From Bdellovibrionales bacterium (lineage in GTDB: Bacteria; Bdellovibrionota; Bdellovibrionia; Bdellovibrionales; UBA1609): DNA of 64,000 nucleotides. Position numbers and translations under genes: made by a program. A model generated the notes under the pieces. It did no database searches, was not told where the DNA came from, and worked only from the letters and a program-made list of their open reading frames with translations. Where the stretch lies: NCBI GenBank assembly GCA_041690295.1, contig JAWLHR010000004.1, positions 85,019 through 149,018 of the forward strand, in the 5' to 3' direction. Of this stretch, positions 56,427-64,000 are shown one piece after another (the first letter of the stretch is position 1; each line of letters starts with the position of its first letter).

Positions 56427-57479
56427 ATGTCCTACGTTCATGATCTGAGCCCTTTCGCGATTCAGTTTACTGAAAATTTCGGCATACGCTGGTACGGGCT
56501 GGCCTATCTCGCGGGATTCATCTGCGGTTATTACGCGATTCTGTTAAAAACCCGCTGGGGGCAGACCCAGTTCAAAGAGGCGCAAGTCGCGGACTTCATC
56601 ACCTATGTGGCGATCGGCGTGCTGGCCGGCGGCCGCCTAGGTTATTGTCTGTTCTATGCGCCCGAGCTGTTCACCTCGATCGATGGGAATTTTCCCTACT
56701 GGAGCGTTCTCAAGGTGAACGAGGGCGGCATGGCCAGTCACGGCGGGATCTTCGGCGTGATGGTTGTTTGTTGGCTCTATGCCCGCGCCAATAAAATGTC
56801 TTTCCTTCATTGTCTGGATCTCACGGTTTTCGGCGGTTCCTTGGGATTTTTCTTCGGTCGGCTGGCGAATTTCGTGAACGGGGAACTCTTTGGTCGCGAA
56901 GCGCCTTCGGGATTCGCTTGGGCGGTGAAGTTTCCCCAGGAAATGGTGCTTTGGCTGCAACGGGAATTTCACCGGTTGAGGGATTTAGGGCCGGCGGTGG
57001 AACAACTCAAAACCCTGTCCGAGCCGAATGGAACCGTGGATTTGACGGCGTCACGATGGCAGCTTTGGCTTGATAACTATGCCACTGATCCAGTGGCCCG
57101 CAATCGGGTGAGTGCCGTGATCGATTCCTTGATCCACCAGGTGCAGGCGGGGAATGAAGCGGTGAAAAACGCTTTGGCTCCGGTCTTAACCGCGCGTTAT
57201 CCATCACAGCTCTTTCAAGCGGTGCTCGAGGGACTGTTGGTCTTTATTATCCTGTGCTGGATTTGGCGAAAGCCGCAAAAACCTGGCGTGGTCGGGGGAT
57301 GGTTCGGCGTTCTTTACTGTTTGGCGAGGATCATCGGCGAGCAGTTCCGCATGCCTGATGCGCACATCGGATTTCAATGGCTGGGGCTGACTCGTGGGCA
57401 GTGGCTCAGCGTGGCTTTCTTCACCTTCGCCCTTGGCTATCTGATTGTGGCTTACCGCCGCGACACCAAGAAAATGTAG
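56427..57479 (+). CDS. lgt: Prolipoprotein diacylglyceryl transferase
   Basis: IRWYGL, GGRLGYCLFY, GGMASHGG, GRLANFVNGELFGR, YPSQL, LTRGQWLS. Confidence 0.95.
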   Translation: MSYVHDLSPFAIQFTENFGIRWYGLAYLAGFICGYYAILLKTRWGQTQFKEAQVADFITYVAIGVLAGGRLGYCLFYAPELFTSIDGNFPYWSVLKVNEGGMASHGGIFGVMVVCWLYARANKMSFLHCLDLTVFGGSLGFFFGRLANFVNGELFGREAPSGFAWAVKFPQEMVLWLQREFHRLRDLGPAVEQLKTLSEPNGTVDLTASRWQLWLDNYATDPVARNRVSAVIDSLIHQVQAGNEAVKNALAPVLTARYPSQLFQAVLEGLLVFIILCWIWRKPQKPGVVGGWFGVLYCLARIIGEQFRMPDAHIGFQWLGLTRGQWLSVAFFTFALGYLIVAYRRDTKKM

Positions 57480-57531
57480 GCCGTTCCTTTTCAGGATGCG
57501 TGGCATCCTGAAAAGGAACGGCCTACATTTT
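57471..57531. repeat. Perfect 29-bp inverted repeat (3-nt loop), bidirectional terminator / REP-doublet-like
   Basis: AAAATGTAGGCCGTTCCTTTTCAGGATGC-GTG-GCATCCTGAAAAGGAACGGCCTACATTTT between convergent lgt and nrdB. Confidence 0.9.
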
Positions 57532-57535
57532 GAGA

Positions 57536-58534
57536 TTAGAACGATTCGTCGAAGTTCACGCTGCCGGTGACACCGACTTGATAGGCCGCCACCCGACGTT
57601 CAAAGAAATTGGTCAGTTCTTGAGTGTCCTGAAGTTCCATGAAACTGAACGGATTTTTCGCGCCGAACTGGTGGGGAATGCCCAAGCGCTCAAGCCGCAA
57701 ATCCGTGATGTACTCGAGGTAGGTGCGCATGTCGCGCGCGCTGAGCCCGGCCACGCCGTGATCCAAGATGTCGTGGGCGAAGGTCATCTCGCAGTCCACG
57801 GCTTCTTTAAACATGGCGATGACCATGTCTTTCATGCGGTCATCAAAAAGCTCAGGCTCTTCCTCGATGGCGGTGTCGATGACTTTAAAGGCGAAGTCGA
57901 TGTGACCGCTTTCATCGCGGAAGACCCAGTTGGTTCCGGTGGCCAAACCATTCAACAGGCCTTTTGAGCGCAGGAAGTACACGTAAGCGAAGGCGGCGAA
58001 GAAGAACAGACCTTCGATCGTGCCGGCAAAACAAATCAGATTCATCAAGAAACGGCGACGATCCTCAACAGTCTCGAGTTTTTCGAGTTCGTTGATGGAA
58101 TCCATCCACTTAAAGCTGTACTGACCCTTCTTTTGAATTGAAGGGATATTGTGAATGGCCGCGAACGCCTGCTCACGCTCCTTCAAATCCGGAATGTAAG
58201 TGTCGAGCAGAGTCAGATAGAACTGCACATGCAAGGCCTCTTCATAGAGCTGGCGCGAAAGATAAAGCCGCGCCTCGGGCGAGTTGACGTGCTTATAGAG
58301 ATTCAAAACCAGGTTATTGCCCACGATGGAATCACCGGTGGCGAAAAAAGCCACCAGCCGATTGATCAAAAAGCGTTCCGCGGGCGTGAGCTTGCGTTGC
58401 AAGTCGACGATGTCGCTGGAAAAATCGACTTCATCAACGGTCCACGTGTTCTTGATGGCGTTTTTGTACATCTCGTAGAACACGGGATAACGCATTGGAC
58501 GTAAAGTCAGATTAAAGCCGGGTTGTAATATCAT
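57536..58534 (-). CDS. nrdB: Class Ia ribonucleotide reductase beta subunit
   Basis: FFATGDSIV, EEALHVQFY (radical Tyr), IEGLFF, RDESGH, NFFERRV; GAGGAG SD. Confidence 0.95.
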   Translation of the reverse strand: MILQPGFNLTLRPMRYPVFYEMYKNAIKNTWTVDEVDFSSDIVDLQRKLTPAERFLINRLVAFFATGDSIVGNNLVLNLYKHVNSPEARLYLSRQLYEEALHVQFYLTLLDTYIPDLKEREQAFAAIHNIPSIQKKGQYSFKWMDSINELEKLETVEDRRRFLMNLICFAGTIEGLFFFAAFAYVYFLRSKGLLNGLATGTNWVFRDESGHIDFAFKVIDTAIEEEPELFDDRMKDMVIAMFKEAVDCEMTFAHDILDHGVAGLSARDMRTYLEYITDLRLERLGIPHQFGAKNPFSFMELQDTQELTNFFERRVAAYQVGVTGSVNFDESF

Positions 58535-58556
58535 GATGTCTCTCCTCATTTCCTAA

Positions 58557-60965
58557 CTATTGACAAGCTTCGCAATATTCCGGGTTCTCCAACGAGCAAG
58601 CCAGAGCCTCTTCATCCGTGTACTTCTTCTTTGGCTCTTCGCTGGTTCGTGTGGTGACCTTGGCGATGCGAGTCGCTGGACGTGAACGCAGGTAATAGGT
58701 GGTCTTAACACCCATCTTCCACGCGTACATGTACATCGACGAAAGTTTGCCGATGGTCGGGCTTTCAATGAACAGATTCAACGATTGCGACTGATCGATA
58801 AAAGCACCGCGGGCGGCCGCCATATCAATCAAGGCTTTCTGCGGGATTTCCCAAACCGTTCGGAAAACCGATTTGATGTCATCCGGAATATCTTCAATGG
58901 ATTGAATGGACCCTTCCGCCGCTTTGATGCGATTACGGATATCCTCATTCCAAAGATTGCGCTTCTTCAAGGCGTCCACCAGATACCGGTTCACCTGGAT
59001 GAACTCGCCGGAGAGAGTTTCCCGTTTGAACAGGTTTGAGACCTGCGGTTCGATGGCTTCATAAGCCCCCACGATCGACGCGATGGTCGCCGTCGGTGCG
59101 ATGGCGATCATTAAGGAGTTCCTCAAGCCGATGGTTTTGATTTTCCGGCGCAGACGCTCCCAGCGCTCGCTGTCTTCGGGTTTAACGCCCCAAAGATCGA
59201 ACTGTAAGATTCCCTTGGCCGCACGGGTTTCCGCGAAGGCCGGGTGGGGACCGAATTTTTCCGCCAAAGCACACGATGTTTTCAAGGCGTTGAAATAAAT
59301 CTCCTCTTGAATCTTGGTGGAGAGTTTCAGCGCCTCTTCCGAATCAAAAGGCAGGTTGAGTTTAAAGAAAACATCCTGCAAACCCATCACGCCGAGACCG
59401 ACAGGGCGCCAACGTTGATTGGAGCTCGCGGCGGTCGGGATCGGGTAGAAGTTAATGTCCACCACGCGATCCAGGAACTTGATCGCGATTTCAGCCGTAT
59501 GGGCCAGCTTTTCAAAATCAAACCGGCCATCGACCACGTGAGCGCCCAGGTTGATTGAACCCAGATTGCAAACGGCCGTTTCACCATCGGATGTCACCTC
59601 TAAAATCTCAGTGCAGAGATTGGAAAGGTGAATCACATTGTGAGCCAAACCGGTTTGGTTCGATTTTTTATTGCAGGCGTCTTTGAAGGTCATCCAGCCA
59701 TTGCCGGTTTGAGCCAGTGTCTTCATCATGCGGGCGTAAAGATCACGGGCCTTCACTTGCCGCACATATTTCTTTTCAGCCTCGGCCTGTTCATAGGCTT
59801 TTTCAAATTCTTCGCCGTAGAGATCCACGAAATGGGGCACTTCTTTAGGATCAAAGAGCGACCACATCTCATCGGCTTCCACTCGCCGCATGAAGATATC
59901 CGGAACCCAGTTGGCCAGGTTCAGATTGTGCGTGCGTTGCGCTTCATCACCGGTGTTGTCGCGGAGCTCGAGGAATTCCTCGATATCCGAGTGCCAGGTT
60001 TCCAAATAAATGCAAGCCGCGCCTTTGCGGCGGCCGCCTTGATTCACCGCCGCGACCGACGAATCCAAAGTCTTGAGCCAGGGCACGAGACCGTTGGAAT
60101 GCCCATTCGTGCCTTTGATCAAAGAACCACGGCTTCGCACGCGCGAAAACGAAACACCGATACCGCCGGCGAATTTCGACAAGAGCGCGATGTCTTTGTA
60201 CTTGTCGTAAATCGACGACAGATCATCTTGGGGGGAATCCAGCAAATAACAAGACGACAACTGCGGGCGATTGGTGGCCGAATTGAACAGCGTCGGCGAA
60301 CTGGGCATGTAATCCAGGCTCGAAATCAATTCATAGAATTCTTTGGCTTCCTGAAAGGTGTTGGCCAGCCCGCAAGCCACGCGCAAAAAGAAATACTGAG
60401 GCGTCTCCACGACCTGGCGGCTGACCGGATCTTTTAAAAGATAGCGGTCATAGATCGTCCTCAAGCCGAAATACTCGAAACGATGAGTGCGGGATTCATC
60501 AACAATGATGTTCAGCGCCTCTTTGTGCTCTTTCACGAACTTGTATTTCTCTTCGCTCACCAATCCCTGTTTATAGGCCAAGGTGATGGAGTCATAGAAG
60601 TTGCGCACATTCTGATTGGTCACTTCCTCACCGATGTAACGGGCGAGCAACCGCGAGGCCAGGCGTGAGTATTGCGGCTCTTCGCCAATCAACAAAGCGG
60701 CGGTTTGAATGCAAAGCTGGTCGAGCTCTTTGGTGGTGGCGCCATCATACAGGCCGCTGATGACTTTCGCCGCCACACGCATGGGATCCACTTCCTTGAG
60801 TCCCGTGGAGCAGGCCAAGACCACGTTCACGATTTTGTTGACGTCGACCGGTTGTAAACTGCCATCGCGCTTGCGCACGCGCATGACGATCGGTCCCTCG
60901 CCTCCGGCTTCAGGAGCGATTGGATTCATGGCGACCTTTTCCATGGTCTCAGTTTGTACGTTCAT
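58557..60965 (-). CDS. nrdA: Class I ribonucleotide reductase alpha subunit with ATP cone
   Basis: VRKRDG ATP cone, SPTLFN, SSCYL, SNLCTEI, VCNL, APTA, KTTYY, C-terminal CEAC. Confidence 0.96.
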   Translation of the reverse strand: MNVQTETMEKVAMNPIAPEAGGEGPIVMRVRKRDGSLQPVDVNKIVNVVLACSTGLKEVDPMRVAAKVISGLYDGATTKELDQLCIQTAALLIGEEPQYSRLASRLLARYIGEEVTNQNVRNFYDSITLAYKQGLVSEEKYKFVKEHKEALNIIVDESRTHRFEYFGLRTIYDRYLLKDPVSRQVVETPQYFFLRVACGLANTFQEAKEFYELISSLDYMPSSPTLFNSATNRPQLSSCYLLDSPQDDLSSIYDKYKDIALLSKFAGGIGVSFSRVRSRGSLIKGTNGHSNGLVPWLKTLDSSVAAVNQGGRRKGAACIYLETWHSDIEEFLELRDNTGDEAQRTHNLNLANWVPDIFMRRVEADEMWSLFDPKEVPHFVDLYGEEFEKAYEQAEAEKKYVRQVKARDLYARMMKTLAQTGNGWMTFKDACNKKSNQTGLAHNVIHLSNLCTEILEVTSDGETAVCNLGSINLGAHVVDGRFDFEKLAHTAEIAIKFLDRVVDINFYPIPTAASSNQRWRPVGLGVMGLQDVFFKLNLPFDSEEALKLSTKIQEEIYFNALKTSCALAEKFGPHPAFAETRAAKGILQFDLWGVKPEDSERWERLRRKIKTIGLRNSLMIAIAPTATIASIVGAYEAIEPQVSNLFKRETLSGEFIQVNRYLVDALKKRNLWNEDIRNRIKAAEGSIQSIEDIPDDIKSVFRTVWEIPQKALIDMAAARGAFIDQSQSLNLFIESPTIGKLSSMYMYAWKMGVKTTYYLRSRPATRIAKVTTRTSEEPKKKYTDEEALACSLENPEYCEACQ

Positions 60966-61111
60966 TCTTATTTACCCCCATAAGTTTTAAGGTGTGCAAT
61001 GCCTGTGAGACGTTTCCGTCCATTCGAAAAGTCACTGAAATCCCCCTACAAACTTCAGAACTTTGGTTCGTTGAATTGTCAGGATTAGCTGACAGAATTT
61101 TAACAATTTCA

Positions 61112-61141
61112 ACGCTAGCTCCACCTCTGAAAACATGTCAA
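61112..61141 (-). promoter_or_regulatory. Possible sigma70 promoter for nrdAB
   Basis: TTGACA-N18-TAGCGT. Confidence 0.35.
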
Positions 61142-61374
61142 TGGCGATGCATTTGGCCGAACGAATAAAAAATTTTTTGTGATTGAAAAGACAGCACTCG
61201 CGAATGGATGAAGAAGAAAAATCATGAGCCGCTCCTGCTGCGCTGGCAGTCGTGAGTTGACTGCCAATCCGTGCTTAAATTGTATGCACCGAAAATGAAA
61301 AACCACAAGCCCTGAATCAGGGAAAAAAGTGGTGTGCCGCTTTTGACGCTCGAAACTTAATCAGAGCCAAAATT

Positions 61375-63309
61375 TCAACGTCTCATGCGCTGAGACATCA
61401 ATTCTTTGACGACGTTAGGATCGGCGAGAGTTGACGTGTCTCCAATATTATCGAGTTCATTGCAGGCGATCTTGCGCAAAATACGCCGCATAATTTTACC
61501 GCTTCGCGTTTTCGGCAAACCAGGCGCCCATTGAATCAAATCCGGCTTCGCCAAGCCGCCGATTTCCTTTTTCACCCATTCACCTAATTCCGCACGCAGT
61601 TCGTCCGTGGGTGTGACATCGGCGTTTAAGGTGACAAACGCGTAAATACCTTGGCCTTTGATATCATGGGGAAATCCAACCACCGCCGCTTCGCAGACTT
61701 TCGGGTGAGCGACGAGCGCGCTTTCGATTTCAGCGGTTCCCAAACGGTGACCGGACACGTTCAAGACATCATCCACGCGCCCGATAATCCAGTAATCGCC
61801 ATCGGCGTCGCGCGTACATCCGTCGCCGGTAAAATAAAGCCCCGGATAAGTTGCGAAATAAGTTTGATAAAAGCGCTCGTGATCTTTGTACACCGTTCGC
61901 ATCTGTCCCGGCCACGAGGACTCCATGCAAAGATGACCGTTGGCCACACCTTCCAGGCGTTGTCCTTTGTCGTCCACGATCACGGGCTTCACACCGAAGA
62001 AGGGTTTGGTCGCCGAGCCCGGTTTAAGTTCCGTGGCGCCGGGCAGGGGTGTGATCATGATGCCGCCGGTTTCCGTTTGCCACCAGGTATCCACGATGGG
62101 GCAGCGGCTGTCGCCGACCACGCGATGATACCAAAGCCAAGCTTCCGGATTGATGGGTTCTCCCACCGAGCCTAAAAGGCGAAGGCTCGCCCGCGAGGTT
62201 TTCTTGACCGGTTCTTCTCCCAGCGCCATCAATGAGCGAATTAAAGTCGGTGCGGTATAGAGGATGCTGACTTTGTATTGATCGACGATTTCCCAGATCC
62301 GGCTGGTGGTGGGAAAAGTCGGCAGGCCTTCGTAAAGCACGCTAGTCGCGGCATTACTCAACGGACCGTAAAGGATGTAGCTATGGCCCGTGACCCAGCC
62401 GATATCCGCCGCGCACCAATAGATGTCTTCCGGATGGTAATCAAAGACCATCTGGTGAGTGAACGAAGCGTAAACCAGATAACCGGCGCTGGTATGCAAA
62501 ACGCCTTTGGGTTTGTTGGTGGAGCCTGAGGTGTAAAGAAGAAACAGCGGATCCTCGGCGTCCACGACTTCCGGTTCACACTGTGTGGATTGATCGGCGA
62601 CCAACTCGTGGTACCAGACATCCCTCTCAGGATCCATCGGCACATCGCCGCCGGTGTGTCGAACCACGATCACGGATTTAACTCGCGGTGCTTTTTTAAT
62701 GGCTTCCACCGTGTTGGCTTTCAGCGGCACTTTACGCCCACCGCGAACGCCTTCGTCCGCGGTGATGACATAATCGCTTTCACAGTCGTTGATTCGATCG
62801 GCGATGGACTCAGGGCTGAATCCGCCGAAAACAACCGAGTGAGCCGCGCCGATTCGCGCGCAGGCCAACATGGCGTAAACCGTTTCGGGAATCATGGGCA
62901 TATATATGGTCACTCGATCGCCTTTTTTGATACCGAGCTTTTTGTAGCCGTTAGCCAGGCGACCCACATGGTCATGAAGCATTTGGTAAGTGATGGCTTG
63001 GCGCGAATGCCGGGCGGGATCCTCGGGTTCCCAATAAAAAGCCACCTTATCTTTATGAGTGGGAAGATGGCGATCGACACAGTTGAAGCAAACGTTGAGC
63101 TTTGCTCCGCTAAACCATTCGATGTGCACGGGATATTCAAAAGTACAGTTTTGAACCTTATCCCATTTTTTGATCCAAGTTATGCGTTCGGCGATTTGAC
63201 TCCAAAACTGATCGGGGTCATTGACGCTCATTGGATAGAGGTCGTTGTACTTCGCTGAATTGATCCAAGCTTTCTGACTCCACTCCGCGCTGACTGGAAA
63301 ACGGCTCAT
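61375..63309 (-). CDS. acs: Acetyl-CoA synthetase
   Basis: [44 protein letters not shown] 63309 with GAGGGGG SD. Confidence 0.97.
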   Translation of the reverse strand: MSRFPVSAEWSQKAWINSAKYNDLYPMSVNDPDQFWSQIAERITWIKKWDKVQNCTFEYPVHIEWFSGAKLNVCFNCVDRHLPTHKDKVAFYWEPEDPARHSRQAITYQMLHDHVGRLANGYKKLGIKKGDRVTIYMPMIPETVYAMLACARIGAAHSVVFGGFSPESIADRINDCESDYVITADEGVRGGRKVPLKANTVEAIKKAPRVKSVIVVRHTGGDVPMDPERDVWYHELVADQSTQCEPEVVDAEDPLFLLYTSGSTNKPKGVLHTSAGYLVYASFTHQMVFDYHPEDIYWCAADIGWVTGHSYILYGPLSNAATSVLYEGLPTFPTTSRIWEIVDQYKVSILYTAPTLIRSLMALGEEPVKKTSRASLRLLGSVGEPINPEAWLWYHRVVGDSRCPIVDTWWQTETGGIMITPLPGATELKPGSATKPFFGVKPVIVDDKGQRLEGVANGHLCMESSWPGQMRTVYKDHERFYQTYFATYPGLYFTGDGCTRDADGDYWIIGRVDDVLNVSGHRLGTAEIESALVAHPKVCEAAVVGFPHDIKGQGIYAFVTLNADVTPTDELRAELGEWVKKEIGGLAKPDLIQWAPGLPKTRSGKIMRRILRKIACNELDNIGDTSTLADPNVVKELMSQRMRR

Positions 63310-63380
63310 GTGATTTCCCCCTCTTTCAATTCGGTAACATGAGTTGCTTCGCCCGCTCAAGGCCGATTATACTTGCCTCT

Positions 63381-64000
63381 GTGGCCAACGTTTTAGCGCG
63401 TAAACACTTTCGTGAACTCACGGATCTCGAGTCATTGATCGAGGGGTTCGGCAAGCGCGCGCGGCACCGGGTGGTGGCCGAAGTCACGCACGAAGGCAAA
63501 ACCTATCCGCTCTATTGCGTCAGTCTGGGAAGTCAGGATCCTAAAGCCCCCGCGGTCGGGTATTTCGCCGGCGCGCACGGTTTGGAAAAGATCGGATCCG
63601 AAGTCGTCTTGGCCTACATGCACACCCTGTTGGAGTTGATGCGCTGGGATCGGCAAATTCAGGTGAGGCTGCGCCATTCCCGCTTGGTGTTCATGCCCAT
63701 TTTAAATCCCGTGGGGATCATGCAACGCACACGCTCCAACGGCCGGGGCGTGGACCTCATGCGAAACTCACCTTTGGACGGTGAAGACTCGCATTCCTCG
63801 GCGATTTTTCGCGGTCATCGGATCTCACCCAAGCTGCCTTGGTATCGGGGGCCGGAAAATGAGGAAATGGAGATTGAAGTCAAAGCGTTGATGGAAGTGG
63901 TTGAACAGGAACTGCTTTGCTCCTCCTGTGCGCTGTCCGTGGATGTCCATTCCGGATTCGGCGCTAAAGATCGATTCTGGTTTCCTTACGCGCACACGCG
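63381..64000 (+). CDS. M14 zinc carboxypeptidase family protein (partial, runs off right edge)
   Basis: Not in ORF track. AGAHGLEKIG (HxxE), PILNPVG, RSNGRGVDLMRN, VDVHSGFG; GTG start uncertain. Confidence 0.85.
   Translation, partial: MANVLARKHFRELTDLESLIEGFGKRARHRVVAEVTHEGKTYPLYCVSLGSQDPKAPAVGYFAGAHGLEKIGSEVVLAYMHTLLELMRWDRQIQVRLRHSRLVFMPILNPVGIMQRTRSNGRGVDLMRNSPLDGEDSHSSAIFRGHRISPKLPWYRGPENEEMEIEVKALMEVVEQELLCSSCALSVDVHSGFGAKDRFWFPYAHT

Noticed and set aside
59628..60437. 269-aa plus-strand ORF (and similar ORFs opposite acs, sucA, plsC, uvrA)
   Set aside because: Antisense shadows of well-supported housekeeping genes
60966..61374. Cobalamin riboswitch or NrdR boxes upstream of nrdAB
   Set aside because: Only isolated hairpins (e.g. 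TGGCAGTC/GACTGCCA); no B12-box or NrdR consensus seen
1..64000. CRISPR array, rRNA, tRNA, prophage genes
   Set aside because: No regularly spaced direct repeats, RNA gene signatures or phage hallmark proteins seen; the repeats at 1-1400 are protein-coding Ig units

Overview
A gene-dense bacterial window. It is most likely from a predatory Bdellovibrionota genome; this is an inference from the many orphan secreted proteins and lipoproteins, the GTSQA-type subtilisin and the sigma54/FliA-like promoter motifs. Housekeeping genes include mltA, fabG-like, plsC, rnhA, sucA/sucB, fur, uvrA, hemB, maf, lgt, nrdA/nrdB and acs. They are interspersed with clusters of exported proteins and two diverged, inverted 969-bp copies of an IS1-like element (1779-2747, 47476-48444). 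The most striking item is a four-gene operon at 48444-52275 (-) behind a sigma54-type promoter. It encodes a 54-aa signal-peptide-bearing small peptide missing from the ORF track, an orphan family-5 solute-binding protein, a stand-alone YcaO-like enzyme and a membrane histidine kinase, and is a candidate modified-peptide signalling system. Other notable items: an operon of exported proteins ending in a signal-peptide-bearing dynamin-like GTPase; a transposase with Asn at the catalytic Glu position and its own sigma54 motif; a KAS III with a non-canonical active site; a UvrA lacking its insertion domain; a structured intergenic RNA candidate; and a perfect 29-bp REP-like palindrome. No rRNA, tRNA or CRISPR array was seen. 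All calls come from reading the sequence by eye; no database searches were run.
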